This document shows positions 1-12,760 of a DNA stretch of 64,000 nucleotides, one piece after another. Both the position numbers and the translations under genes were made by a program. The notes below the pieces were generated by a model. That model had not been told where the DNA came from. It saw nothing but the letters and a program-made list of their open reading frames with translations, and made no database searches. Numbering within the stretch: the stretch's first letter is position 1; each line of letters begins with the position of its first letter. Source of the stretch: Octopus sinensis (lineage: Eukaryota). The DNA is taken from the NCBI RefSeq assembly GCF_006345805.1, contig NC_042997.1, positions 212,908,001-212,972,000 of the forward strand. Direction: 5' to 3'.

Positions 1-387
1 CAAGGACAGACAGACACAGCTCGCTACCTTTCCACTCATAACCATCACCTCCGTCTCTCAGGAACTGTACATCTAAGATGATATTTTCTGATGGGTTGAT
101 TTCGTTTTAAGATAGTAGAATGGAATTTGAGAAATATTTACCAGTTCCCATAATGGCTCCCCGCCTCACCCCAGAGGCTGGAAGGGAGATTGCAAATTAC
201 ACTGAAGCAGCTGTAAATCCGTTTTTGAGCCAAGTTTACAAATGATCGACGTTCAGTTGGAAAAGTGAGCCTGTGGGTGTGGTGCCCCTGCGTATGCTGT
301 GGGGAGATGGGACATTGTCATCCAAGGAGACAAGATGAAGAAGATAATCACTGTGCTGTCTGACACTGTTTATAACTGTAGTAGTTG

Positions 388-388
<1 letters not shown>

Positions 389-418
<30 letters not shown>

Positions 419-420
419 GT

Positions 421-457
<37 letters not shown>

Positions 458-459
458 GT

Positions 460-493
<34 letters not shown>

Positions 494-495
494 GT

Positions 496-534
<39 letters not shown>

Positions 535-688
535 CACTACTGTACTACTACTACTGTTACTACTACTACTACTACTACCACTACTGTTACTACTACTACT
601 ACTACTACTACTGCTACTACTACTGCTGCTGCTGCTACTGCTGCTGCTGCTACTACTACTACTACTACTACTACTACTGCTGCTGCTG

Positions 689-726
<38 letters not shown>

Positions 727-736
727 GCTGCTACTA

Positions 737-767
<31 letters not shown>

Positions 768-793
768 CACTACTACTACTACTGCTGCTACTA

Positions 794-827
<34 letters not shown>

Positions 828-855
828 CACTACTACTACTACTACTACTACAACC

Positions 856-888
<33 letters not shown>

Positions 889-1319
889 TCTGCTGCTGCT
901 GCTGCCACTACTACTGCTGCTGCTACTACTACTACTACTACTACTACTACTGTTACTACTACTACTGCTACTACTACTACTACTACTGTTACTACTACTA
1001 CTACTACTGTTACTACTACTACTGTTACTACTACTACTGTTACTACTACTACTGTTACTACTACTACTGTTACTACTACTACTACTACTACTGCTACTAC
1101 TGCTGCTGCTGCTGCCACTACTACTGCTGCTGCTACTACTACTACTACTGTTACTACTACTACTACTACTACTGTTACTACTACTGTTACTACTACTACT
1201 GTTACTACTACTACTGTTACTACTACTACTACTACTACTACTGCTACTACTACTGCTGCTGCTGCTGCTGCTACTACTACTACTACTACTACTACTACTT
1301 GCTGCTGCTGCTGCTGCTA

Positions 1320-1351
<32 letters not shown>

Positions 1352-1430
1352 ACTACTACTACTACTACTACTACTGCTGCTGCTGCTACTACTACTACTA
1401 CTACTACTACTGCTGCTGCTGCTACTACTA

Positions 1431-1462
<32 letters not shown>

Positions 1463-1622
1463 ACTACTACTACTACTACTGCTGCTGTTACTACTACTAC
1501 TGTTACTACTACTACTGTTACTACTACTACTACTACCACCACTACTACTACGACTACTACTACTACTACTACTACTACTTCTGCTGCTGCTGCTGCCACT
1601 ACTACTGCTGCTGCTACTACTA

Positions 1623-1663
<41 letters not shown>

Positions 1664-1710
1664 ACTACTACTACCACTACTACTACTATTACTACTACAG
1701 CTGCTGCTGC
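389..1710. repeat. Complex trinucleotide microsatellite (CTA)n interspersed with (CTG)n and GTT/CCA variants
   Basis: Direct reading. It accounts for the poly-T/L/Y/V/S/A ORFs at 299-1781. Confidence 0.97.
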
Positions 1711-1865
1711 CTCAACTTATATGTAACAAATCTATGTTAAAGATAATGTACAGATACGTTGAAGAAGACTTCCTCCAGTGATTATTGATAAAGAACCAGG
1801 TTGTAAATGTCATGATTTGATCAATTACTTATTGGTTTTCTTCCAAATAGAAACCAATTATTAAC

Positions 1866-2595
1866 AATCCTCTTTGATTCGTTCAATGCAGATTTCTTTC
1901 CCCCCCCACACACACATTTTTTATTCTCCTGTTTAAGTCATAAAAAAAAGATAATGTAAAATAGAATGAAACAACTACGAAAAATTGAAGACAAAAATAA
2001 AAATAAAAAAAAACCTATTGGTGCAGGAGTGGCTGTGTGGTAAGTAGCTTGCTTACCAACCACATGGTTCCGGGTTCAGTCCCACTGCGTGGCATCTTGG
2101 GCAAGTGTCTTCTGCTATAGCCCCGGGCCGACCAATGCCTTGTGAGCTGATTTGGTAGACAGAAACTGAAAGAAGCCTGTCGTATATATGTATATATATA
2201 TATGTATGTGTGTGTGTGTGTGTGTGTGTGTTTGTCCCCCTAGCATTGCTTGACAACCGATGCTGGTGTGTTTATGTCCCCGTCACTTAGCAGTTCAGCA
2301 AAAGAGACCGATAGAATAAGTACTGGGCTTACAAAAGAATAAGTCCCAGGGTCGAGTTGCTCGACTAAAAAGGCGGTGCTCCAGCATGGCCACAGTCAAA
2401 TGACTGAAACAAGTAAAAAAAAAAAGAAAAAAAAGAGTAATCCTCTTTGATTCGTTCAATGCAGATTTCTTTCCCCCCCCCCAACCCACATTTTTTATTC
2501 TCCTGTTTAAGTCATAAAAAAAAGATAATGTAAAATAGAATGAAACAACTACGAAAAATTGAAGACAAAAATAAAAATAAAAAAAAACCTATTGG
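1866..2595. repeat. ~156-bp direct repeat (1866-2021 and 2439-2595) flanking a SINE
   Basis: AATCCTCTTTGATTCGTTCAATGCAG...AAAAACCTATTGG occurs on both sides of the SINE. The copies differ only around the C-run. Confidence 0.95.
2020..2438 (+). mobile_element. tRNA-derived SINE, family C (CORE-like CTTGGGCAAGTG, internal (TA)n(TG)n, GTAAAAGA tail)
   Basis: Head GCAGGAGTGGCTGTGTGGTAAG, B-box-like GGTTCAGTCCC, and near-identity to seven other copies in the window. Confidence 0.92.
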
Positions 2596-2904
2596 CTGAT
2601 TGATCTTTGAAAGGTAAGATTAAATCAACAAATATTACAATAAAAATACAAGAGATTTGCAGTGGAAAAACAATTAGGAACTGTCTGAACATGGAACTGG
2701 TGGCTTTTCCTTGTTTTTGTGTTTTTATCCGATTTCTTTTTAACTCTTAGTCAACACTCCTGCATTCAAGCTGTTTAACAATTCTCTCACTCAGCAGAAG
2801 GCCTCAATTGTCTACGGTTAATGCAAACCCGAACCAAGACTTAGAAGTTGAAATTTTAATTTCAAACTAAGCTTGAAATGTTAGGGACAATTCTCTTTTC
2901 TTAA

Positions 2905-3370
2905 TCTTTCCCCATCATCATCGTTGTCGTCCTCGTCATCGTCCTCGTCATCATCATCATCATCATCATCATCATCACCACCACCACCATCACCATCACC
3001 ATCACCCCCACCCCCACTCCCACCACCACAAATAACAACAACAACACCAACACCACCACCACCACCACCATCATCATCGTCATCATTGTCATCGTCATCA
3101 TTGCCATCATCACCATCATCACCATCATCATCATCATCATCATCATCATCACCACCATCACCCCCCCCCACCACCACCACCACCACCATCATCATCGTCA
3201 TCATCGGCATCGTCGTCATCGTCATCATCGCCATCATCACCATCATCACCATCATCACCATCATCATCATCATTTAACGGCCATTTTCCATGCAGCAGAC
3301 ATGGGTTGGATGGGTTTCACAGGGGCCAGCACGCTAGAGAGCTGCACCAGACCTCAATTGTCTGTTTTGG
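2905..3370 (-). mobile_element. 3' end of RTE-type LINE with expanded (GAT/GGT)n tail
   Basis: 3274-3370 matches the RTE 3' terminus seen at 16500-16626 and 17950-18078. 2905-3273 is the expanded CAT/CAC tract. Confidence 0.8.
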
Positions 3371-3534
3371 TTATCTCTCTGTACTGTGGCACAACTTTGT
3401 GGCACAGTCCAGTGTCACTCTTTTGTGACTATTCATCTCCTACTATTGCTCTCTACTATGGCAAAAGTCTGTGACACTATTCCGTCATGATTTATTCCTC
3501 ACCACCTCTGACCATGTGCTATGACACTTCACTT

Positions 3535-3569
<35 letters not shown>

Positions 3570-3571
3570 AC

Positions 3572-3623
<52 letters not shown>

Positions 3624-3783
3624 GCAATGAGTGTTCAGATAAATTCGACAGTGCATAAAAGGAAAAGAATGTACAATATCCCATCCAAAAATAAAAGTAT
3701 TGTTTCAAAAAATCAAAAGAAGATCAACAAGATTACGGCTGGGAGAGGATGGTTTACTCAAAGTCGCTGTCCTCAGCTTAGTA

Positions 3784-3920
3784 TCATTGTTTCAAGACGG
3801 CTCCAGAACCTGGCGCATGCTTTCTCCACTGTGTCCTGGGAAGGTCGTCAAATACCTCCTTGCTCTTGGTCACCAGCTCTGCCCTGATGTTGCAGACAGA
3901 GCGATTGATGCATTTCTCAA
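3784..3920 (-). other. Possible terminal coding exon (EKCINRSVCNIRAELVTKSKEVFDDLPRTQWRKHAPGSGAVLKQ*)
   Basis: Unique sequence, 45 open codons after GCAG|, followed by U-rich sequence. The acceptor is weak and I recognise no homologue. Confidence 0.2.
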
Positions 3921-4066
3921 CTGCACCTCACACATACATGCGATTACAATCAGGGAAAGTAAGAGGTCAGAAATTAGGGCTGGTGCCATTTCTGATTCTT
4001 TCTGGAGGTTTAGCAACAATGCAAATCCTGCTTCCACACATATGACTTTGCATTAGTAACCTTCTA

Positions 4067-4451
4067 GGAGGCGCAATGGCCCAGTGGTTAGGGCAGCGGA
4101 CTCGCAGTCATAGGATCGCGGTTTCGATTCCCAGACCGGGCGTTGTGAGTGTTTATTGAGCGAAAACACCTAAGCTCCACGAGGCTCCAGCAGGGGATGG
4201 TGGTGATCCCTGCTGTACTCTTTCACCACAACTTTCTCTCACTCTTACTTCCTGTTTCTGTTGTACCTGTATTTCAAAGGGCCGGCCTTGTCACTCTCTG
4301 TGTCACACTGAATATCCCCGAGAACTACGTTAAGGGTACACGTGTCTGTGGAGTGCTCAGCCACTTACACGTTAATTTCACGAGCAGGCTGTTCCGTTGA
4401 TTCAGATCAACCGGAACCCTCGTCGTCATAACCGACGGAGTGCTTCCATCC
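4067..4451 (+). mobile_element. tRNA(Arg)-like SINE, family R with tail A
   Basis: Head GGAGGCGCAATGGCCCAGTGGTTAGGGCAGCGGACTC..GGTTTCGATTCCC. Tail ends ...ACCGACGGAGTGCTTCCATC. Matches the copies at 22391, 42065 and 45739. Confidence 0.92.
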
Positions 4452-4469
4452 ACAGAGTCCACAGAGCAT

Positions 4470-4700
4470 TGAATGGTAGTCAAGATGTCGGCATTTTGTC
4501 CCCTAGCATCAATCATCATGATACATGTAACTCTTTTCCAATATTCAGACGGGTTCCAGACGTCTATGACAGCTAAATTTTTCTCAATTGCAACTTCAGT
4601 TTTTATGTTCTCCAACGATATTGTTCGACAATGTGCCAAGCTGTTTGTGGACAAAAAAGGAGGTATAAAACCTCATCAAATTTAACTGGAACACCCTGCA
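4470..4700 (-). mobile_element. Possible Tc1/mariner terminal fragment
   Basis: The minus strand begins CAGGGTGTTCCAGTTAAAT, which resembles mariner-type TIR starts. No partner TIR found. Confidence 0.3.
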
Positions 4701-5339
4701 TGTGTGTGTGTGTGTGTGTGTGTGAAATAAAAACAAAGCCAAACTGAAGAAAACAATGGCCCACGTAAACAGTGTTGTCAATCAAGTAAAAAAAAGAACT
4801 GAAGTTGATCTTCCATTTTCATTTTTACTCATTTGTGAAAACTGCTGTTGTCGTTTAGTGATAGGTTAACTCTGATCCAGTGGAACTATGATGAAAGCTA
4901 TTCCAGCCATGACCAACCTGTCTATTTTCTCAGTGTATTAAACTCCAGACTTCATTAACTATTGTTCTCTTTTCTAAGACGATGGCTTGCAATTTAAGGG
5001 AGATATTGATGCTGTTTAAACTTTTAGGATGTTTTATAGCTCCATGAAACTTCTGGACAAAATCTGTGTCCAGAGTGAAGCTAATAATTTAGTGAACATG
5101 TCACATAGCGCTTCTTGTAATTGTATATAAAAATCTTAATTTGAACGAAAATGTAATTTTATGTAATGACCATAAATATTCCCTGAAGCTTCTCCTGTTT
5201 TATGAGATGAGACACTCAAAGACATGTCTACGAAATTTTCTTCTGATAGCGATCTATTATAGGTTTCTATGACTCATAAAATACCATCCACACATAAAAT
5301 CACTTTTTTGTGTGTGAAGAAACATGTTTTACCTAGAGT

Positions 5340-5730
5340 CATCACGATCATCATCATTGACGTCATCATCATCATCATTGACGTCATCATCATCATCATC
5401 ATTGACGTCATCATCATCATCATTGACGTCATCATCATCATCATTGACGTCATCATCATCATCATCATTGACGTCATCATCATCATCATCATTGACGTCA
5501 TCATCATCATCATTGACGTCATCATCATCATCATTGACGTCATCATCATCATCTTCATCTCTATCAACAACAACAATGTCATTTATTGTCTGTTTCCATG
5601 TTGGTTTGAGCCAGACAGTTTAACAGGATCTGGTAAGCCAAAGGACTGCACCAGGCTCCTGTTGCCTATTTTGGCATGGTTTCTGCGACTGGATGCCCTT
5701 CCTAACGCTCACCGCTTTACAGAGTAAATT
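5340..5730 (-). mobile_element. RTE 3' end (5573-5730) with an expanded tail containing nine TGACGTCA units (5358-5542)
   Basis: GGATGCCCTTCCTAACGC motif of the RTE 3' UTR. The tail is (ATC)n interrupted periodically by TGACGTC. Confidence 0.85.
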
Positions 5731-6119
5731 TCAAAAATTCCTAGAGCTCATAAACGAGATAATCACATACTGCTTCTACATGCACAGATATAATGAATCT
5801 TTCTAGCAATGTTATTCATACCAATATTGTCTTTCTTGCGCTCGTCATTCATCTGTGAACTTAACCAAAATATTTATTCTATCTTCACAGTAGTTTATCT
5901 TACAAGATCGGTTAACGGACTTAGAGGGGTGCAATCTGCATCTCAGATACAAAAATATAATGATAAAATAATTCCTAAAATACTTGGCAAACAGTTTGAA
6001 ATGCAGAAAATTGAAAATAAAAACAAGAGTTGAATAAAATATGTGAATCCCTTTGAAATTATGGCTTGTTTTTAAATTTAATGCCTTTGATACCATTTTA
6101 GAGTCTACTTTTCGATGCT

Positions 6120-6690
6120 TTGACAGGTGAGACAAGACAAGATAGAATTTGACAGGTGAGACAAGACAAGATAGAATTTGACAGGTGAGACAAGACAAGA
6201 TAGAATTTGACAGGTGAGACAAGACAAGATAGAATTTGACAGGTGAGACAAGACAAGATAGAATTTGACAGGTGAGATAAGACAAGATAGAATTTGACAG
6301 GTGAGACAAGACAAGATAGAATTTGACAGGTGAGACAAGACAAGATAGAATTTGACAGGTGAGACAAGACAAGATAGAATTTGACAGGTGAGACAAGACA
6401 AGATAGAATTTGACGGGTGAGACAAGACAAGATAGAATTTGACAGGTGAGACAAGACAAGATAGAATTTGACAGGTGAGACAAGACAAGATAGAATTTGA
6501 CAGGTGAGACAAGACAAGATAGAATTTGACAGGTGAGACAAGACAAGATAGAATTTGACAGGTGAGACAAGACAAGATAGAATTTGACAGGTGAGACAAG
6601 ACAAGATAGAATTTGACGGGTGAGACAAGACAAGATAGAATTTGACGGGTGAGACAAGACAAGATAGAATTTGACGGGTGAGACAAGGCA
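6120..6690. repeat. Minisatellite, 29-bp unit TTTGACAGGTGAGACAAGACAAGATAGAA, about 19-20 copies
   Basis: Direct reading. Units are nearly identical, with a few ACAGG>ACGGG variants. Confidence 0.97.
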
Positions 6691-6731
6691 AGACGGAACA
6701 GATAAATGTCCTCCTTGTTGCCAGTCCTCAC

Positions 6732-6804
6732 CTGTTTTCAAGCAAAATAATAATTCCTTCAGCCCATCAAACAACAAACTGCTTGGAATTGTTTTTACTG
6801 AGAG
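6732..6804 (-). other. Possible 73-nt internal exon (LSVKTIPSSLLFDGLKELLFCLKT)
   Basis: Acceptor TTTATTTGCAG| and donor ACAG|GTGAGG around an open frame. Phase-compatible with 3784-3920. No homologue recognised. Confidence 0.25.
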
Positions 6805-7582
6805 CTGCAAATAAACGTCACCGTTTGTGTGGAAAGTGATTCCTTGGTTTACAATCACCATGCACACATCAATACAAGGGAATATTAACTCAGTCACACA
6901 CACACCCATGTAATATCTAATCTGGTATTCTTTTGAGCAACCACGTGTATATTTTTACATGTTCATCAGTGGAGAATCAAATTTTGTTGGACTTCATCAA
7001 GGAACATCACCAAACATCAATTCTGTGCAAAAAGTAGATAACTTGTCTTTATTATTATTACATGAAAGACTCTTTGTCAGTTCTTATCTCTAAATTACAG
7101 CTTTTATTTTATTTATTAAACTTCTATTCAACTAAGATTTCAGGAACCAAAACTAAATATTTTTATATTTCTGTTACAGATCAGTTATTATAGATATTTT
7201 TCATGATTTTGTAAGTTTTCAAAATATGTCTGATGTTTAAGATCCCTTATCTATAACAGACAAAAGTTTTGTTTGTGAATATCAGGCATTATATTATAAA
7301 TAAAATTGGTTTTCTTACTTCAGAGAATAAGCCATTTCACTTAGAACCAAAAAGTTATAGATTCTAATTCTGTTATCCTAAAGTTGGTTATTTCAATATT
7401 AAACCTTGTCAAGTAAATAAATTGCTCTGCTCTGCTTACCATTCTTTTATTCTACCTTCCTTATTTCCTGTATTGTTCTCTGATAAACTGCTTTTAACTT
7501 CAAAGACCAATGCACCTCACAATATTTGAAAGTTAACTAAAATGGGTTGAGAGTTCCAAGGAACTGGGGCTTTATATAATCA

Positions 7583-7881
7583 CTAGCAGTATCGCCCGGC
7601 GTTGCTCGGGTTTGTAAGGGAAATAACTATATAAGCATTTTTAGAGAGTTACTTCCCTTATATAATAGCATAAAAATGCATTAAAAATGGGAAAAAATGA
7701 TGGTAAATTTTTTTTTAAATCGTAGACTCATCGTAGACGCATGCTAGTACCCAGAAGGGCTTGATATGAATCACGACTATAAGATACCCGCTTTTGGTTA
7801 AACTGCACCACAAAATGTGGGAGTAGTTATGAATCTAAATCGTAGGAGACAGACACACAACTTGACTTTTATATATAAAGA
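7583..7881 (-). mobile_element. Non-autonomous Helitron
   Basis: The minus strand starts TC (A|TCTTTATATAT) and ends with hairpin CCCGAGCAACGCCGGG then CTAG|T. Inserted between A and T. Confidence 0.88.
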
Positions 7882-8173
7882 TAACCTAATATCAATTTCT
7901 GCTTATTTCATTATTGTATAAACTTTAATTACTACTATTAATAAACTTCTTTAGTATGATTGCTTTAATTACTTACATCATTATCTTCAGATTTATTGTT
8001 AACTTTAAAATTTGCCGTTATGGGGTTATTGCTATTAGTTGCCTTCCTCACATCACTCTCTCCTTTCTGACCACTCAATTTGGGTTTAGATCCAGAGTTT
8101 GGATTATTATATGTCTATATTATTCTGCAATATGTTCTTAGGCTTGCCATGGTTAATTACAGTATAGCAAGTA

Positions 8174-9419
8174 TTGGGTCATCCCATAAATAATGCGGTT
8201 TTCTTATACTTTTATTTTTCATAATTAAGATAAACAAAGTATTTTTCAATCTAAAATATACTCTCCTTCATTTTCTACAATGCTCTTCCATCTCTCTGGT
8301 AGACTTGCAAGACCCCTCTTCCAAAATTCACTTGTCTGTGAGGAAAAATACTCCTCCAGTACTGTTCTGACCTCGTCTGTAGAATTAATATTTTTCCATC
8401 CAAATCATTTTGACGACTGCAGAATAAATGATAATCAGATGGGGCAATGTCCAGCGAATATGGTGGCTGGAGCATTGTTTCTCATTCAGGCAGCTCCAAC
8501 TTTTGGAATGTCATCCTCGCTGTATGTGGCCGAGCATCATCCTGATGGAAGAGCATCTTTCTTCTTGCAACCAAAGATGGTCATTTTTCTTCTGGTGCTG
8601 ACTTAAGCTACTCAAGCTGCTTACAGTAGATTTCATTTGTTATCATTTGGTTTGGGTTTAAAAGTTCAAAGTGGACTAAACCTTTCATATCCCACCAAAC
8701 AAATAACAACACCTTACGTGGGTGAAGACCTTCTTTAGTCTGGGATGCTGGCGTTTTTCCTTTCCCTACCCACAGTCTTCGGCATTTGATATTTTTATAG
8801 AGAACACATTTCTCCCCACCAGTCACTATATGGTTCAAAAAAGGTCCATTCATGAGACATGACAGCAAAGAAGAGCACTCATTCACTCTCTGCATGCGAT
8901 TAAACTTGCAAAGTTTGTGAGGAACCCACTGACCCAATTTGTGAGGAAGCCATTGACGCAGGTGTCGATGAATGGTTCAATGACCAAATCCAAGCTTCTC
9001 TGCTAGTTCCTCAACAGTAACGATGGGATTTTGTCTGACCAGGATTTGCAGAATGTCCTCATCGAGCTCTACAGATCTTCCAGTATGAGGCTCATCTTTT
9101 AGGCCGTAGTTACCGGCTCAGAATTTCTGGAACTGCTGTTGACACCATAGACTGCATTACTATTCCTCACACTTTCCATTGCGTTGTTGCCTTTATTGAA
9201 CTCGTAAAGCAAAATATGCTCCTTTGTCACTTACATTATAGATTTGGAAAAATAATTGTTAAAATCAAACTGCACACTTCAAAACTTGTACTAAGAATAA
9301 GGACAAGGTAAAATTACTAACTACTTTTATAGCACGTTGATGCAGTTAGTTAATCCCACCCCGCTCCAACTTTTAGTTATGCAATTGAAAAAAACCGCAT
9401 TATTTATGGGATGACCCAA
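8174..9419 (-). mobile_element. Full-length, inactivated mariner (DD34D-type) transposon
   Basis: 29-bp TIRs TTGGGTCATCCCATAAATAATGCGGTTTT with TA duplications at 8172-8173 and 9420-9421. Transposase motifs WVPHKL, IVTG(G)EK and YSLDIAPSDYHLF are broken by frameshifts and stops, and the first catalytic D reads G. Confidence 0.96.
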
Positions 9420-11599
9420 TATATGTTCACAATTTGTCTTCCTTTAAGTATCTAAATATTAGCCCATTCGCTGTGTTTTCTACAAGTGGTTACACGACTT
9501 GCTCACATGATGGTCCGGTCCTTCTAGCTTTATGCGGGCTATCGATCCCATCATGAAACAGATCAACTGAGTACGGGCAGATCATGTCTATTCGATGGAG
9601 GCTACCATCAGCTTTAAAATGAGAAATTTTCCTGTTATTCTTCAGTGAGATGGGACACACGGTCGAGTTTGGATCTCAAAAATGAGGAAGTTTAACAAGC
9701 AGGCAGCTCCAATACATCACCTCTGTTCCTGTTTTGTTCTCGTTCAAATATCTCGTCCTGTACGATTTCATATTTAGAAAATTATTTTAGAAGAGTGACT
9801 ATTAATGTTACTTTCACTCACCATTTCTTTCTTTCTAATTATATTCCTCTTTATGGAGCTATTTTTAGAAGAAGATTCATTATTAGATTTGCCCCTATCA
9901 ACATCATAATTTAGATGACCATGTCCTGATATATTTATATTACTGAGTTACTTCTTAGTAGTATATGGTGTATTCTAGATTAATATATTGAATTTTGTCA
10001 GTGTACCCTGCTCTCCTAGCACATCATTGTAGTAGTTAGCATATTGATGGAAAATCTCTTCATAGGTAGATATCCAATTCGAAACACTCTCAACTACTGA
10101 ATCAGTTACTACACACAGTTAGTTAAAATTGCTGTTTACATATTTTAAGTTTTCGTCAGGCTTATAATACAAATGAAAAATTCCTTTTTCTGATTCAAGT
10201 GTTCTGTATTTTTGATCAGAGAAATGAGTGTGGGGAGAAACAACCTAGTGTTTCCTACTGAAGACTGAAAACATTATCAAAATTGTGTGCCAGCTAGGAA
10301 CTTTGGGAGTTAACAATGGAGTCCCCAAGATTTACTAATTAAATCTCTTTCTTACAACTTTCAATAATTTTCAAACAGGGAACACATATTGTAGATTATG
10401 TTCTAGATACCATATGTTAAGTAAAACACAGCCTAATCAAAATTTTTAGAAGCTGGAATTGTCTTGTACAGTGATGGACAAGAGAAGGGAGTTGAGGTTG
10501 AACTTCCTCAAACTCTGCTGATTGCATCTGATTTTTTAAGAGCAAAAATGTAGCATTTGACATCAGAACTTTCAAAGGGTATAACTTTCATTAAGAAAAA
10601 CCTTGCAGTCTTTGTTATTGTTTGCAAAATATACATTTTCGTGGGTCAACGTTTTGCATTATATGCTTTTAAAAACATTCCTAACTTCTACCTTCAAACA
10701 GCCCAGCAAAAATCTATTCTCTCATAGAAAGGTACTTAAGAGAATTCTAGCAATATTATAAAGATTTTCTTTTACCATGAACCAGTAAGTTTGTTGCTAA
10801 GTGACAGAAAGTTTTAAATTTCGTTTATAAAGGAAAACAGGAGAATTGATACTTTATCAATAAAAGAATATATAAAGTCAATGAAAGTGAAATTGCTAAT
10901 AATAATCAGGAAATAAGAAGGAGAGAGAGCAATAGCTGGATACTGTTGTAATGGAAGCAATAATGATAAAACTGAGATCGAGTGGAAATGGATAGAATAG
11001 ATGGAAATATAAAACACCACTTGATAATAACATTGATAATAATGTCTGAGATATAAAAGAGGCTAATGATAACATTTGTAAGAAAGTAATACAACCTCAA
11101 TGGAAATGATAAAAACGATATGACAGCAGGGTTAATTTTTAGATTCATTTTATTTTGACCTGTTCAAAACTCAAGCTCCAACCAGAGAAAGGAGTTTTTA
11201 TCTAAAACTACAAGATCAATGCAATGGCTTGATTATCGTTGTGAAAGGTTAAAGAAGTTTGGAATTGAGCTGAACTAAAGAACTGGCTATTTATAAATTT
11301 CTTAATGTAATTGTAAAATAAAGAAGTCAGTACCAGCGATATCAACTAGATGTGTATTTTAAGCAGTTCTAATAATAAATGGGTTAACCTATTTTCCCCA
11401 CATTAATCTCATAAAGGCTACAATAATACAGGAAAAATATTTTATAGGAAAGATCATTTCATTTTCCTGACAGATATTTATTTTTGTTTGCGATTTTAAA
11501 TATTTTTTTAATTCATCAAGAGAATCTGAAGACTTAACAGTTGAATCCATCATTAATTAACAGAGAAATAATTAATTCTTAGCTTATCCATTCATCTTT

Positions 11600-12760
11600 T
11601 CCACCCTCTATTCCTGCAAGGGTTGTAGAAGCATATTTGTCAGTCATCTCCAAGGGCCCTATTAAATGTAATTGTCATTAGGTCTTCCAGCAGGATTTCC
11701 AAACAGAAACAACTAAAACCATGGGGATTATCCAATAATCTCATTCTTGGTCTACCTCGAGATCTCCCTCTGGTTGGGTTGGCTCAGCTTCAAGAATGTC
11801 TTATGATTCTTTTCTAATCCCATGTCCATAGTTCTGGAGCTGTGACCTCTCAATAAGAAGAGAAGTGGTTCGACCTGGAGAGATTCCCTCATCTCTGGGC
11901 TACACATCTTGTTGAGTGACCTTTCTCCAAAGATTCTTTAGAGGAACCCCATTTTGGCCATTTGCATTTGCGATTGCCCTCTCTTTCACTCACCACCCAC
12001 GTCATTCAAGACCGGAAGTGAGGATAAGCATGAAAGCCAAATAGAAGATAAGGAGTTTGGCTTTCTTCCTCTTCTGAAGATTGAATAATGGAACCGGTGC
12101 ATTATGGTACCAGCATTTGCAATTCTAACCCTCAATTCTTGCAAGGACCAATGTCTCAGTCTTTGCAACATTAATTTTCATCCCTTGCCTTGCAGCACTC
12201 AGAATGGAACCCATTCAGTGCATCTGGAGATCCCCTTCTGAAGAGTCAAATAGCACCATATCGTCTGCATATATCAACCGACTGACCCTACATTTATTGA
12301 TTGTCTTGTTACTTCCACATTGGCTGTGCTCGTCAATCCAGTTCATTAAGATTATGAAAAGGAGAGGTGACAACACGCCACACTGTTGAAGTCCAATATC
12401 CACATTAAAAGATTTCCACTTTGTACTGTTTACCCAAACATAGACACCGGGGCATTCATAAAAGGACTTCAGAGTTACCAGAAATTTCCCAGTAATCCCA
12501 AACATCTTGCAAAACCTTCCACTGTCTGTTCCATGACATGCAGTCATATGCCTTTTTGAGGTCTACAATGCAAGTGTACACATCTTAGCAATATTCCTAG
12601 GATTTCTTGAAGACTTGGCATGCAGTAAATATTTCATTAATTGTGCTGCATCCAAGATGGGAGCCACATTATTCTTCATCTAATTTTCACTAGACATTTT
12701 CCTTACATCTCTTCTCCAGACACCTGCTGTAGACATACCTCCCCTGATAATAGTTTTATA
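11600..12760 (-). mobile_element. Decayed RTE-clade LINE ORF2 fragment (reverse transcriptase)
   Basis: ORF 12215-12547 contains GLQQCGVLSPLLF and LIYADDMVL. Downstream are RVRIANAG and RGRPRMR-like RTE C-terminal motifs. Confidence 0.9.

Noticed and set aside
142-297. Minus-strand exon-like segment with a good acceptor and a GTAAAT donor
   Set aside because: One frame is open but the peptide is unrecognised and cannot be linked to other exons.
299-1781. Long poly-Thr/Leu/Ser/Val/Ala ORFs
   Set aside because: They are translations of a trinucleotide microsatellite on both strands, with frame switches at slippage points and no splice context.
4067-4140. tRNA genes at SINE heads (also 41229-41302 and others)
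   Set aside because: Acceptor and anticodon stems are not intact, and each continues into a repeated SINE body.
5845-6909. 354-aa ORF, and the 29-bp array as a possible CRISPR
   Set aside because: The repeats are head-to-tail with no unique spacers, the context is eukaryotic and there are no cas genes. The ORF is mostly repeat translation.
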